Shown here piece by piece: positions 22,630 to 35,698 of a DNA stretch of 61,496 bases (within the stretch, counting starts at the first letter, position 1; the number at the start of each line of letters is the position of its first letter). This DNA comes from Rhizaria sp. SCN 62-66 (taxonomy: Eukaryota): assembly GCA_001724265.1 (NCBI GenBank), contig MEDY01000161.1, positions 62,001 through 123,496 of the forward strand, read 5' to 3'. Made by a program: the position numbers and the translations under genes. The notes under the pieces were generated by a model that saw only the letters and a list, made by a program, of their open reading frames with translations, ran no database searches and had not been told where the DNA came from.

Positions 22630-24791
22630 ATGTTGTCAAGGACCTCGAACAAACTTGCAGGGAGCTCTGCTTCCCTTATTTCTCATGCAATTCGGAACAT
22701 GTCTCGCTGCACTACTGGGCTTGTTTCCAGCGCCTCTGCCATTGCGCACACAAGCTCTGCTACTCGTTGCATGAGCACCACTGCTGTGCGCAACCCGAAG
22801 TACTCCACTGTCAACAAGGACGATATCGCTTTCTTTCAGTCTGTCCTTGGCGCCGACAATGTCCTCACCGATAAGGATGACATCGCGGTACGTATCCACA
22901 TGTATATCACCCCGTGCCTGCAGCTCCTTCAGCAAAATCAAATCTACACGCCATACTTTCCATTCGCACGCACGACAATTGAGCTAACTTCCGGATATAT
23001 TGTTGCCCCACATTAAAACTGTGATAATATGTGTTGAATCGTATCTTTTAGCCTTACAACAAGGAGTGGATGAACAAGTGGACTGGCAACGCACCCGTTG
23101 TGCTGCGCCCTGACACGACTGAGCAGGTCTCCAAGCTTCTGGCTCACTGCAACTCGCGCAGCATCGCTGTGGTTCCCCAGGGTGGCAACACCGGTCTTGT
23201 CGGCGGCTCTATCCCCGTCTTTGATGAAGTTGTGCTCTCGCTCTCGCGCATGAACCGCCCCGTCTCCTTCGATGAAGTGCAGGTACGTATCATAGTCTCC
23301 GACAAGAATCTTTACGAAGGAACTCCTCGCGTATTAATCGAAGATATGTCATCAGACGTTTGTTTCTGCTTTTGACCTGTTACTTTTTACGATTATGCAC
23401 GTCGTAATATTTTTCGTGTTTGTTGTTTGTACATGTACCTTCTTTGAACCTCGCTCAGGGCATCGCGACTGTCGAGGCGGGCATGATTCTCGAGAACCTT
23501 GACTCCTGGGCCGCGAGCAAGGGATTCACCGCGCCTCTTGACCTCGGCGCGAAGGGCACGTGCCAGATCGGCGGCAACGTCTCCACCCACGCCGGCGGGC
23601 TGCGCTTCGTGCGTTACGGCTCTCTGCACGGCACCGTGCTGGGTCTCGAAGCTGTGCTTGCGGACGGGCGCATCATCGACGTGCTGACGTCGCTGCGCAA
23701 AGACAACACCGGCTACGACCTTAAGCAGCTCTTTATTGGCAGCGAGGGCACTCTCGGCGTCATCACGAAGGTCTCCATTCTCTGCCCCGCCAAGCCCAAG
23801 GCCGTTGACGTACGTCACTTATTCATGTCAATGCTGATCTCATTTTGATAACGGGTAGCATGATAACGGTAATTTTGCATGCCTCATTACACGCAAAGTT
23901 TTTGCGATGTGATGAATTTTTGTCAACATCTCACGCAATCATGACTATTTGTTTTGCTCTCGTGATATTTTATCACGGCTTCATGTTCAGGTGTTGTACC
24001 TGGGTATGCAGTCGTACGAGCGCGTGATTGAAGTCATGCGCATGGCCCGCGAGCACCTTCAGGAGATCATTTCGGCGACCGAGTTCACGGACTCGCTCGC
24101 GCTGCAGCTCGTCCAGAAGCACATCCCCGGCGCCAAGTCGCCTCTCGAGGCTTCAATTGCTGATGGAGCCGCGACTGCGCACAAGTTCTACATGCTGATT
24201 GAGACCGCGGGCGGGTCACGCGAGCACAACCGCGCCAAGATCGAGTCCTTCCTGGAGGCGCTGTTCGCCAAGTACGGCGATGAAGTCGACGGCACGATGG
24301 CCGAGAGCGAGTCACAGGCCAAGGGGCTGTGGAAGCTGCGTGAGGGCGTACCCGAGTCCGCGGGCAAGGAGGGCTACGTGTACAAGTACGACATCTCGCT
24401 GCCCGTGGCGCAGATGTACGAGTTTGTCGAGAAGACGCGCGACCGCCTGCAGGGGCTCGATGCCCTCTCGATGGGTTACGGTCACCTGGGCGACGGCAAC
24501 CTGCACCTCAACATCGTGACGCCGCGGAAGAGCGACGAAGTGCTCGCGCGCATCGAGCCGTGGCTGTTCCAGGAGCTCAAGGCCGTGCGCGGCTCTGTCT
24601 CGGCCGAGCACGGGCTGGGCCAGGCCAAGAACAGGTTCATGGCATACTCCAAGACCGATGAGAGCATTGCGCTGATGCACCAGATCCGCGCCCTGATGGA
24701 CCCCAAGGGCATTCTCAACCCCTACAAGGTGACGTCGGACGACGGCTACGAGGGCCTTGAGGGCAAGACTTTCCCCCCCACCTCGCAGTGA
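22630..24791 (+). CDS. D2HGDH: Mitochondrial D-2-hydroxyglutarate dehydrogenase (FAD-linked; DLD2-like), ~546 aa; exons 22630-22887, 23052-23282, 23459-23809, 23991-24791
   Basis: Motifs [86 protein letters not shown]. Presequence-like N-terminus. Three GTACGT introns. Confidence 0.95.
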
Positions 24792-25106
24792 GCGACTGTG
24801 ACAGATCATTGCGCGTGCGTACGACTTAGTACAGCGGACCTTGTTTTTTATTTTGCGTCGAGTGAGTGAAATGGCTGGGCCTGCTTTTGTTGACAGTGTC
24901 AGACTGTGAGAACCCAAACTCAATTCTACACTTATGAATACACATTTGATTAAACTTAAGTCAACAACAGTTGAATTTTCAATTTTTTGAGTGATTATGG
25001 GAGCACTGTATTCTATTTTAACTTAACATTAATCACGTTTGTTCATGCATGATTCAACACCGACGAATGTAGCCACCCGCAGACACACACTTAGTGAGCA
25101 CATTCT

Positions 25107-28100
25107 TCATCGGTTGAGCTTACGTGTCCAGTCGTGCTTGTGCCAGACTGCCTTAAACGCCTCGAGCCGCGCAGCGCGGCCCCTAGCGTCCTCCCTGCGT
25201 GGTCGCAGGGCTTCAATGCTGTCCAGCTCCATGACGGCGCACAGCGTCTGCGCGCCGAAGCCGGCAGGGAACTGCGCGCGGTCCTCGATGATGTGGCCCA
25301 GCCCGGCGGCGAACGGGCCCGCGGTCGGCACGCGCACCGTCTCGTCGCCCTCGCTGTTCACGCCGCTGCCGCCGGCGTGGCCCTTGGGCGGGTCGGGCCC
25401 GAACTGGACGTGGAAGTAGGAGAATGCGGCAGAGGCGGGAAGCGTCTTGACGCCGCGCTGGGCCGTGTCAATCACGCCCTTGTGCGAAGCCCACTGCTCG
25501 TCCGAGTCGAGCAGCGCCTGCCGGAACACGCTCGGCGCGGCCAAGAAGTCGCGTCGCGGCACCGGCACGCACTCAATCACCGTGTGGTAGTCGCCGTCGC
25601 CGCCGCCGCTGCTCGCGTTGCTTGCCACAGCGTCCGCGTCACTGCCGCCGAACGCGCCGGCGCCGAAGATGCTGCGGCCGGTCACGGGCGCGCCGCCGCC
25701 GCCCGCCGCGCTAGCAAGCGAGCCGCCGTTGGCGCGGCGCTGCACCGTCTCGAAGAAGACCACGCCCTGCCCCAGCTTGCCGTAGGCCTTGGCGAGGAGC
25801 TTCTGGAAGTAGGCCACCTCCTCGGCCAGCTCAGCGTCGAACGCCGCCGCGGGGCCTGTGTGCTCGAGCGGCGCGATGAGGCAGTGGCCCGGGACGACCC
25901 AGCGCTGCGCGGGCAGCGCGAGGTATGCCTTGACGCCAACGCTCACCACCACGGGGTCAGACCAGTTGACGTTGTTGCCGCTGCCGCTGTTGTTGTTCGC
26001 CGCTAAGTAGCGCTGGTGGTCTTTGTTGAAGCCGGTGTAGTCGCCGACGGCGCGGCACAGAACGCAGCGCGCGCGGTGCGCGGCGGCCTTCTCCTGCGCC
26101 GCGAGCGCGCGGCCGCGGGCGCGGGCCTCGGCGTGCTGAGCCTCCTCTACCGTGCGCACGCGCGAGCCCGTGCCGGAGGGCCTGTGCGAGCGCGACAGGG
26201 TCGGGTCCGCAGCGCCGTTGTCGAGAGCGTCCCACTGGTCGTCCAGACTGCCCTCCAGACTGTGGGATGATATAAACAGAGAAAAGAAGAAGATAGAAAA
26301 TTGAGAGTATTGTGAGGTGCACAAAAATATGATACGAGAGTGATGAAAGCGTTTGCAGAGTCGTTCTGCGATTAACATGTGATTTGATGAGAGACGTACG
26401 CGAGTTTGTTCTTGGCGGCCGCGCGGAGCCAGGCGGCGTCGCTGAAGTCGTCGGTGCCGAGCCGCTCCTTGCGCACGAGGTCGGTCAGCGCGGTCGCGAG
26501 GGACACGGGCGCCGCACCAGCCGCCGCGGCGTCGGAGCCGAAGTACCCGCGCCGTTCGCCCTGCGCGGAGAGTGTGAGCACAGGAGATAGACAGATAAGG
26601 ATACAAGACATAATAAGTGAGCAAAGAGTGAAGAACAAAAGTTGATATGATTACAGTGAAATATGAGAGGATATATACAAGGAACAGAACGATGTTACGT
26701 ACGGTTTCCTTGTCGACAAGCTGCGCACGCGAGTTGCGCTGTCCGTGTGGCACGACGGCCACGCGGCTCAGCCCCTCCTGCGTAACGCCGCGCGCGCGCC
26801 CGCGCGAGTCGAGGCTGTCCAGCACGCGCGCGTCGCCCGCGAGCGCATCGTCGGCGGCCGCGCTGACCGCTGGCGCAGCCGTGACGGCGGCAGTGGCGGT
26901 GGCAGCGAGCGGGGCGGCGGCGGCGGTGGCAGCGGCGGTCGCGGCCTGTTCGACAAGCACCTGCAGTGCGTCAGCCTTGGCCTGAAGCTCCGCCGCGGCC
27001 GGGTCGCCGCGCAGGCGCGCCTTGAGCGCCTTGGCCACCGCGCGCGACACGCGCTCCGGCGACGGCGGCGCCACTGCAGCAGCAACAGCGGCGGCAGCAG
27101 GCTCGCCAGTGTAGGCCGATGCCAGCGCGGGCGGCGGCGCGTCGTCGCTCATCTCACTTACAGTCGCGTTCGCGCTTGCCTGAGCAGACGCGATGGCGGT
27201 GTTGGCGAGGGCGTTGGAGTTACTGGCGCGCGCGTGGGCGCCGGTGCCGAAGACGTCTCGATCCGGCGCCACGGCGGGTCCGCGCAGGCGTTCCCAGCGC
27301 TCGTTGGCGATCACGCGCTCGCGCAGAGCGGCCTCGGCGGCCAGCGCAGCGGCCTCTGCGGCGCTGGGACCCGCGGGGGCGGCGGGGGCAGAGATGCGGT
27401 CGCTGCCGCGCTCGTGCTCGCGCTGGCTGTCGCGGTCACGGTGGCTGTCGCGCTCGCGGTCACGGTCACTTGTGCGCTCACGGCCACTGTCACGGTCGCG
27501 GTCACGATTGCGATCATAGTCGCGGTCACGGTCACTACGGCCGCTGCGCTCACGGGCGCGCTCACGGTCGCGGTCATCACGATCAGTGCGGTCACGCGCA
27601 CGGTCGCCACCCCGTTGCTGCTCACGGTCATGATCACGGTCGTTGCCGCCGCCCGCGGCGCGGCGGGCCATCTTGTCCCGAACGCCTTCGTAAACGTCTT
27701 TCTCGGCGAGCCCCGAGAAGTGCGCGCTCTGCGCCGCGGCGGCCGCGCGCGGGGCCGCGGCCACGGTGCCGAAGACGCGCCCCGCCGCCGTGGCCAACGC
27801 GCCCGTCTGCTGCTGCTGGGGCTGGTGGGTAGTCTGCTGACTTGAGCCGTGGCTGAGGCCGTCGCGCTCCTGCTCCTGGGCGCGCTCGCGCTCGCGCCGC
27901 TGCAGCCGCGCGCGCCAGGACGCGCCACCGTCGCCCACCGTCCCCGACAACGACGATGACGACGATGAAGAGGAGGAGGACGATGCCGACGCAGTGGTGC
28001 CGTTGCTGCTGTTCATGACGCGGAGGCCTGCGACGAGCCCGGTCGAGGTGAGCATCTCGGTGCTCGGTCCGCGCGCGGCGGGGCGCGGCGCAGCGCCCGT

Positions 28101-28457
28101 GGCAGAAGACGAGGAGGCAAGCACGGTGGCCCCAAAGGAACGCCACTCGTCCCGGTCCTTCGCGGCAGCAGCAGCAGCAGATGCGGAGGCCGGAGCAGCA
28201 GATCCGGAGCCAGAGGCAGAGGCAGCGGGGGCCGTGGGAGCTGCTGCGGGAGCAGCGCCAGTCGTCACGGCCTTTCCGCCAATCTTGACCCCAGAGAACT
28301 ATATGCGCGGCACAAAGGTAGATGCGGCGGCGAAGGCAAGGCAACAGGGTGAGAAATGATGAACAGTGTGTGAGTCGTCGTGCGAACAATGACAAAAGAC
28401 GAGTTGTGAGTATGATTAATGAGACATGCGGACATAGACACACAAATCACGTACCAT
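25107..28457 (-). CDS. CWF19L2: CWF19-like protein 2 (CwfJ C-terminal domains; spliceosome-associated), ~970 aa; exons 28457-28455, 28298-26703, 26560-26400, 26259-25107
   Basis: CVLC, VVPGHCLIAPLEH, VVFFET, HTVIECVPVP, FRQALLDSDEQWASHK, YFHVQF, GLGHIIED, HDWTRKL. Three GTACGT introns give a continuous frame starting MFSGVK. Ends in TGA. Confidence 0.92.
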
Positions 28458-28981
28458 AAAGAGGATGCCTATCCCGCAAGTGTGCCTGTTGGTTCAGATC
28501 CAGTGTTCTAATGACTGGTGACGGAGAAAAGTCGAAGTCTTAGTGAGAGCGAAAGCACAGCAACGGTTAGGAGGAGAGGGGATGTGAGATACGGAGGATG
28601 AAAGAAGTAGAAGAGAAAACAAAATGAATACAACTCAGAAAAGCAAGGGTTCTAAGTTAAAACGCGCGATAATGTTTGATTGACGATCATTGTCGCGAGT
28701 TTGACATGTTTTTTAAGAGAGGTTGCGGGCTGCGCCCGCAGCTTCAGGAGAAGCTGGTGGCTAGATACATGAATGTGGCTATCTCTCGAGAGATTGATCG
28801 TCTATAGCTACAGCACTCCACTGTCACATACCATACTCACTTTTATTTATTTATCTCCATTTCTATTTCCATAGACTTCTTTTTTCATTTCGGGACAAAC
28901 ACCTACCGTGCGACTTCCCACCCTCGACCTCGCACCACCACCGCACTTTCCCGCCGCCGCGGTTCCCGGCTCCGCCCCGCG

Positions 28982-31900
28982 ATGTTTCGTCTGCGCACTC
29001 TCTCGCGCGGCTTTTCATTCCGCGCCGCGCTTTATGCACCCCCGCGCAGCCTGTTTTCTTCATACCGTGGTCGCCGTGACCCTTTCGACCCTGACTTCCC
29101 AACTACCCACGGTCACGGCCACAGCCACGCTTACGACGCTGACAGCGCTCACAATTCCTCTACTCAGTGGTCCGGCGAGTTTGCCGCCCCGCGCCGCGCC
29201 ACCCGCGCCCGCACTGAGCGCATACGGTACGCCGCGAAGCTCTCGGACAGCGACGAGGCGTTGCTGGAGCTAGCCGACGCTCTCGGCAGCGCCGGCGCCG
29301 CCCGCTCCGCGCGCGCCCGCCTCGGCCCTGCTCCCCAGTCCGCCGCCCGCGGCTCCTCGGCCTCCAGTGGTGCGGCGGAGGCGTGCGTGGACGTGGGCGC
29401 GGCGCCGCGGTACTGGGACAGCCTGCGCCGGCCCGCCTCGGCCGCGCCGGAGCAGGACCTGCAGACGCTCCTGGGCGGCGCCTCGCCTTACGCCGCCGCG
29501 CGCGCCAACAGCGCGTCGTCTGCGACCCCCGCGCTGGCCTCGGGGCCGGGCGCGGGGCTGGGCGCGCGGCGGGCCGCGGAGGCGCGGCTGGGCGCGGCGG
29601 CGTTAAAGCTGCTTCCGCGCGCGGAGCGGGCCAGACTCGAGGCCGAGTTCGCGATGGGGCTGCTGACCGAGGCGGAGCTGTACGAGGCCGCGGCAGACAC
29701 GGCCGCCGTGCTGGGGCTGCTCAAGGCCGACGGCGACGACGCGTACACGGCCTTTGCGACTGCGAACGCGGCCCACGGTCGCTCTGCCCACGGTCGCTCT
29801 CATGGCCACGGCAAGGGGGGCCCCGGCAAGGTGGGCGCAAAGGACTACGCGACGCACATTAACAACGCGCGCTGGGGTTCCGAGCTCCACCGCGACGACG
29901 GCGGCGACGGCGACAATTACGGCAGCGGCGACTCCAGCTCGCGCGCAAGTGGGCAGGACGACGCGGCGCTCGCGCTGCTCCTCGCGCGCGCCCGCGGCCA
30001 GAGCGCGCGAGGCCGCTCCAGCGCGGGCACTGGCGCGGGCACTGGCGCGGGCGGCAGCGCCAGCGGCTCCAGCGCGGGCGACGAGGCGGGCCGCTTCACG
30101 GCGTCCCAGTTTGGGCACCTGCTCTCGCTGGGCTACAGCGTGGCCGAGGTCGGCCAGCTCGAGACGCACATTGTCGCGGGGACGCGCGCCCGTGGGGGCG
30201 GCGGCGGCCACCTGATGGACCGCGACGGCGTCTTCGCGGCCGCCGTGGCGGGTGCGGCGGACGAGGAGGGCGAGCGCGCGCGCTCTCGTCTGGGCCGCGA
30301 CCGCTCGCACTACGCGGCGAGCACCTCAGCCGGCGGCGGCGGCGGCGCTGGCTCCGGCCCGCGGTCGAGTCTGAACCCCGGGTTTGACCCCGCGGCGGCG
30401 GCGCAGCACGACCGCGCGGCCGCGGCGGACTGGGCCGAGGCGGAGGCGGAGGCCGCGGCGGAGGCGACGCTGGCGGCGATGACCGACGCCGCGCGCGGGC
30501 TCGGGCTGGGCGCGCGCGAGCAGCGCCGCCTGCGCCGCGAGGCCGAGGCCATTCTGGAGCACCGGCGCGCGGAGCGGTGGCGGCAGCGCGCGCAGGCCGA
30601 CCGCGAGCACGAGGCGATGCTCCGGCAGCAGCAGCGGCAGCAACAGGCCTCCGCTGCAACCAACGTCGACGCGGACGCCAGCGGCCCCGACTCTGGCCCT
30701 GGCTCTGGCTCTGGCTCTGGCTCTAACTCTGGCTACTCCTCGGTCAAGAGCGGGCCGGGCGCGGACGGTCGCGAGGTGCGGTTGGCGACACTGACGGTGC
30801 ACGATGCTGAGACGGGCGAGCCTATCGCCGTGGAGCGCCCCGACCGCGTCACGCGCGCCGCCCACGCCCACGCTCACGCGGCCGGCTACGACCACCTCGG
30901 CGGCGGCGGCGGCGCGCAGCGCGGCGGACACGGCGCGCGCGGCGCGCGGGGAGCGGACTGGAGCGCCGCTGCCGCCGCGAGGGCGGGTGCCTGCGCCGGC
31001 CCGGTGACCGAGGCCGTGATTGTCGAGGCGGTCGTCGTCGACCGCAGCGCCGCGCACGCTGCTGCGGGAGCCGCGCACGGCGCCGACGTCAACAGCGAGT
31101 GGGCCGCCGCGGCCGCGCGCGTGGCCGCACTGCGCGCCTCGCGCCCGGGCCGCTTCGCCGCCACCACCGCGCAGACCCAGGCTGAGGCTTCGGCCACTGG
31201 CGCGGGTGCGGGCGCGGGCGCTGGCGCTGGTGCTGCGAGGCGTGTTGTGTCATCGCGGCTGCTGAGCAACCCTATAATGCGCACCACGCACTCGTTCGCT
31301 CACGCTGCCACACACCACGCCTCTCCGTCTTACTACAACACCGGTGCGCGTGCGTACTCGACTATGCTCAGCTCTCCCATCAGCCCCGCCGCCTACCACG
31401 GCTGCTCGCACACCCGCGCGGTGACCGTGTACGCGAGCGCGGGCTTCTCCTCGAAGCGGCAGCGCGATGCCGCCCAGCGCTGGCAGCAGACTCTGCTCTC
31501 CAAGCTCGCCGACTCCAACGGCGCCGACGCCAGCAGCGCGGACACCGCTGGCGATGTCGGCGCCGATTCGTCGTCTTCGATGACTGTGAGCAGCCTGGAC
31601 GTCGCGGACCTCCGCAAGGCCGCGCGCCGCACGCCGACCCCCGCGCCCAAGCCCAAGAAGGAGCCCGTGGCGGCGACCGCGAACACGTTTGGCAACGGCA
31701 ACACCAACCGGCGCGTGGCGCAGAACAGTCATGCCGCTGCCGCGGCCGCGTACGAGGCCGAGGAGGCCGCCATCGTGGCAGCCGCGATCGCCGCGGCCGA
31801 GGCCGACGACGCTGCCGCGGCCGCTACGGCGGCTTCGTCTGTCCGCGCGAGCGCCAGGCACGTCGCCGTCACGCACGCGGGTGATATTGACGCTGACGCT

Positions 31901-33007
31901 GACGGCGACGCCGACGGCGACGCGTACATGTCACGGCTGATGTCGGCGCTCGACGACGGGCTCCAGGAGGAGCAGCAGTCGCTACGTTCCGCCGCGCGCG
32001 CGGCCTCGGCCGCGCTGCGCGCCGCGGAAACGGCGTCCGCGCTTGCCGCCGCCAACAGCAACGCCGCTGAGGACGACGACGAAGGCTTGCTGGACGAGAT
32101 CGAGAGCGACTACGACTCCGAGTGGGAATCCGACCTCGACACAGAGTACTACGATGATGACCACAGCGACCACGATGTCGCCGCGGGCACTGGCTCTGCT
32201 GGCGCTAGCGCAAGCGCGGGCGCGACTGTGGGCGCGGACGCCAACGTTGCTCTCCGGCCCGGTGGGCCCAGTCCCGGCGGGCGCGTCAAGGGCCCCGTCG
32301 AGTACGTGGTGACGGAGCTGGACGGCGAGGATGGGCTGGGCCTGACGCTGATCAAGACAGACGTGGACGGCAAGGTCGGCTTCGTCAAGACGCGCTTCCG
32401 CACCCGCGCGCGCGACGTTGTGGCGCAGTCGGGCGGGCAGATCTACAAGACGCGCCTGCGCGACACGTACAAGCTGTTCGAGGACCAGGCGCGCGAGCGG
32501 CTCAGCGGCGGCGTGGTCGACGAGGTAATGGAGGAGCTGAACCAGAACCCCACGCCCAGCTTCGAGGAGCGCGTCATCGCGGCGCGCGGCGACGACAACC
32601 CTGTGCCGAAGATGACCGCGCGCGCGATTGGCGGCGAGGCCATCGCGAGCTTCGACCTGGACGAGAGCGACCTGGTCGAGCGCTTCATCCGCGGCTCCGG
32701 CCCCGGCGGACAGGCCGTCAACAAGACGCGCAACTGCGTTTTCCTGCAGCACACGCCCACGGGCACGATTGTCAAGTGCCACCAGACGCGCTCGCTGTTC
32801 GAGAACCGCATGATCGCGCGCAAGATCCTCAAGCGCAAGCTCGAAGACCTCAAGGTCGGCAAGGGCAGCTACCTGCAGCGCAAGGCCGCGCGCATCCGCA
32901 GGCGCAAGAACAGGCACCGCCGGCGCTACAACAGCAAGATGCGCGCTGCCGAGGAGGATGGACATGACGATGACGAGTCGTACGACGACCCGAGAAGCAA
33001 GCAGTGA
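28982..33007 (+). CDS. MTRFR: RF-1 (GGQ) domain protein of MTRFR/C12orf65 type with a ~1200-aa N-terminal extension, 1341 aa
   Basis: C-terminal LDESDLVERFIRGSGPGGQAVNKTRNCVFLQHTPTG.IVKCHQTRSL.ENR..AR followed by a basic tail; GGQ at 32705-32713. Arg-rich presequence-like start MFRLRTLSRGFSF. Confidence 0.8.
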   Translation: MFRLRTLSRGFSFRAALYAPPRSLFSSYRGRRDPFDPDFPTTHGHGHSHAYDADSAHNSSTQWSGEFAAPRRATRARTERIRYAAKLSDSDEALLELADALGSAGAARSARARLGPAPQSAARGSSASSGAAEACVDVGAAPRYWDSLRRPASAAPEQDLQTLLGGASPYAAARANSASSATPALASGPGAGLGARRAAEARLGAAALKLLPRAERARLEAEFAMGLLTEAELYEAAADTAAVLGLLKADGDDAYTAFATANAAHGRSAHGRSHGHGKGGPGKVGAKDYATHINNARWGSELHRDDGGDGDNYGSGDSSSRASGQDDAALALLLARARGQSARGRSSAGTGAGTGAGGSASGSSAGDEAGRFTASQFGHLLSLGYSVAEVGQLETHIVAGTRARGGGGGHLMDRDGVFAAAVAGAADEEGERARSRLGRDRSHYAASTSAGGGGGAGSGPRSSLNPGFDPAAAAQHDRAAAADWAEAEAEAAAEATLAAMTDAARGLGLGAREQRRLRREAEAILEHRRAERWRQRAQADREHEAMLRQQQRQQQASAATNVDADASGPDSGPGSGSGSGSNSGYSSVKSGPGADGREVRLATLTVHDAETGEPIAVERPDRVTRAAHAHAHAAGYDHLGGGGGAQRGGHGARGARGADWSAAAAARAGACAGPVTEAVIVEAVVVDRSAAHAAAGAAHGADVNSEWAAAAARVAALRASRPGRFAATTAQTQAEASATGAGAGAGAGAGAARRVVSSRLLSNPIMRTTHSFAHAATHHASPSYYNTGARAYSTMLSSPISPAAYHGCSHTRAVTVYASAGFSSKRQRDAAQRWQQTLLSKLADSNGADASSADTAGDVGADSSSSMTVSSLDVADLRKAARRTPTPAPKPKKEPVAATANTFGNGNTNRRVAQNSHAAAAAAYEAEEAAIVAAAIAAAEADDAAAAATAASSVRASARHVAVTHAGDIDADADGDADGDAYMSRLMSALDDGLQEEQQSLRSAARAASAALRAAETASALAAANSNAAEDDDEGLLDEIESDYDSEWESDLDTEYYDDDHSDHDVAAGTGSAGASASAGATVGADANVALRPGGPSPGGRVKGPVEYVVTELDGEDGLGLTLIKTDVDGKVGFVKTRFRTRARDVVAQSGGQIYKTRLRDTYKLFEDQARERLSGGVVDEVMEELNQNPTPSFEERVIAARGDDNPVPKMTARAIGGEAIASFDLDESDLVERFIRGSGPGGQAVNKTRNCVFLQHTPTGTIVKCHQTRSLFENRMIARKILKRKLEDLKVGKGSYLQRKAARIRRRKNRHRRRYNSKMRAAEEDGHDDDESYDDPRSKQ

Positions 33008-33546
33008 GCGAAACGCAGTGCGGGCAGTCCGTGAGACATAAGCGTCCACGTTGCGCGAAGAGTGATTTAGACAGCGTAGTGATGGGTGATAAAGAGATAT
33101 TTATTTATTTGTTCAAGAAACAGTTATTTGATACACAGTGCCGCTTTTAACTGCATTGTGCGCTTCACAGCGCTTTATTCATGTGCTTCTGTATCTGTTT
33201 AAGTTAATATACTCACTGCTCTTCGTGCGACCTACACAGTGACTTAGGTCATTGACTGACTATCACCTAGACCAGATTGCTACGCCCCCGAGACACCGAC
33301 AAATACGTTTCAGGCAAGTGTTTGCAGAAGAAAAGATAGTGGTTATTCGTTTCCCATTATTATCACTTGTGAATCTGCTTGTGCGTGACATAATATCTCT
33401 TTTAACATCTTGCCGCCCTGAGCTCATCCTCCGTTCCCCTTTCTATCTTTCTACGACCATTTACTCCGCCTTATTTTTTTCTGTAGCCTTTTAAACCTTG
33501 CTAAATATATAGATATCAATTCGAATCTCACATTGCACAACCTGCG

Positions 33547-35128
33547 ATGTCCTACAACTCTTCCGGCGGCTCCGCCGGCGGCCCTGCGTCCCCGCGCCGT
33601 TACTTCTACTGCGACCCCGCGCTGGTGACCTACCGCAGCGCCACCCCGGCCTTCTCGCGCACCGCCCGCGGCGCCTACGCGCACGACGCGCCCCCCGCGG
33701 GCACGTTTAACGGCTGCAGCTCGTTTGCGCCCGGCAGCACGGGGCCCGCGGCGACATCGCAGCAGAACATCCACACCCTTAAGGGCGGCAGCGGCGCCTA
33801 CAAGCACTTTAAGTTCGGCTTCATCTCGGGCACCAGGCACTACAGCGACTCAGAGGCGGCTATGCGCGGCCCTTACGGTACGTTTCTCTCTGCACACGAG
33901 ACCTGACACGGATAAGAGACTGTCGACCGTGCTTGCGCCCCATTCTCTTTTGCTCTCACCCACCCACATTGTTTGCTACTTGCTTGCTTGTTTACTCTTT
34001 GCTTTCTGCAGGCTGGACGAAGGAGCGCCAGGAGAAGATGGACCGCCGCGCGGAGGAGGAGACCGCGCGAGCGGGCGTGCGCGCCGCCGCCGCGGACGCG
34101 TCGCTGCAGGCCGCCAGCCTGGGCTACGGCGCCACCCGCGAGGACAGTCGCGCCTACCTGTACGTCGGTCGATGCGCGCACATCGTCACAGCACGAGAGA
34201 GTGATCACTTTTATGCCATCGCGGTGTTCTAACTATGCATTTATGTCATCATTTTCTCTCAACAGCTGTGTTCCACTCACATTCTTATGATTTGTTGCTT
34301 TCTCCCGTCTTATTTGCTCACTCGCTCTCAGCGCCATGGACCGCCCGCCTCGCCAGGCGCTCCCCCGCGCGCACACAACGTTTTACCGCACCTCCCGGGC
34401 CACCGGTGCCCCCCTGGACAACAGTGCGGCGGGCAGCCAGCACCTCAGCCTTGGCTTCGGCGGCGGCGGCAACTGCGGCGACTCCGGGAACGGCCGGTTC
34501 GTCACCACGGCGTCGATCCCCCCGCCCGCGCAGTCGGCGCCCTCCGCAGGCGACGCCGGCACCACGGCGCGCTTCCCCTTCTCCGCCACGGCCGGCGCCG
34601 GCGCTGCAGGCCGCTCGCAGCGGAGCCAGGTACGTGCGCTATATCACACAGCCTAAAATGGGGATCGAAATGATCAGAATTGTCTTAATGACGGTGTATT
34701 CTGTTTATATGTTTATATCTCACAAATCATTTGTTTTTCCTTGTGTTATTCTCATTTCTTTGCAATCGTTGTCTCAACGACTGACATCGCGACTGCGCGC
34801 GCAGGCGCTGGCGGCGGACCGCGTGGACGAGCGCCTGCTACAGCTGCCCGCAGCGACGGGCTACGGCGACCGCCACGGCGCGCACCCGCTGCACCTGCGG
34901 CGCCCGCTCGACAGCGACGACTTCGACGGCTGGGCCGCTGGCACGCACGGCACGGCCACCGCGCAGGCCGCTGACGCCGACGGGCTGGGCGCCACGGACC
35001 GCGCGCGCGCGCGGGCGCGGGCGCTGGGCGCGCAGATGAGGCCGGCGGGCATGAGCTCGGAACAGATTCACGTTGACGCCCCCATGCTGCGCTTCTCCAA
35101 GTCGGCGGGACGCGGCGGCGCACGGTGA
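33547..35128 (+). CDS. Uncharacterised protein, ~366 aa; exons 33547-33877, 34012-34159, 34332-34629, 34805-35128
   Basis: Four GC-rich blocks joined in frame by three GTACGT..CAG introns; ends in TGA. No family confidently recognised. Confidence 0.75.
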
Positions 35129-35698
35129 GAGAACTCTCGGGAGGCCGCGGTGAAGCGACCAGTAAGAGCGCAGTGAAAGAAGAGCGAAACGGCGAGAGAT
35201 CTGTGCTTGAGTGTGCGAACGGCACAGCAGCATGGATGCGCGGGTGTTTTCAACAAAAAGATTGAGACATGCGAGAGGGACAAAAACAAAGGACAGGTTT
35301 ATGAAGGCGCGCTCGATGCGACACTGACTTAAATGCGAATATTGACTTTGCAGAGAGCGATCAAGACTTTTACATATATATACAAAAGAACTTAAACAAT
35401 ATTATATTTGAACATCAGTTTGTTTCGCTGTCATCACACGCCGCGGGACTATCTTAAACGAAGAACCAGTGACGCGAGAGAAGTAGCAAGGCCTCTTGCA
35501 AAGGCGTAGGCGACGAGGTGTCATCATCTCCGGATCTCGCACGCCAGATTTGACTGCCTCGCTCGTGTTATTTTGCGGCTAAAATTTGCAAACGGACGGT
35601 ATTGACTTACATTCTTTCTATATTTTATTTTGTTTTGTTTGATTGGCAGCAGGAACAGGGTCGCGTTGGTCGCTGTTGTTTATCGACCCAACTTCGCC

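Noticed and set aside
32650-32950. Release-factor-family gene as the cause of the UAG reassignment
   Set aside because: It is a bacterial-type GGQ-only MTRFR-like rescue factor with a mitochondrial presequence and no codon-recognition domain. Cytosolic termination uses eRF1, which is not in this window.
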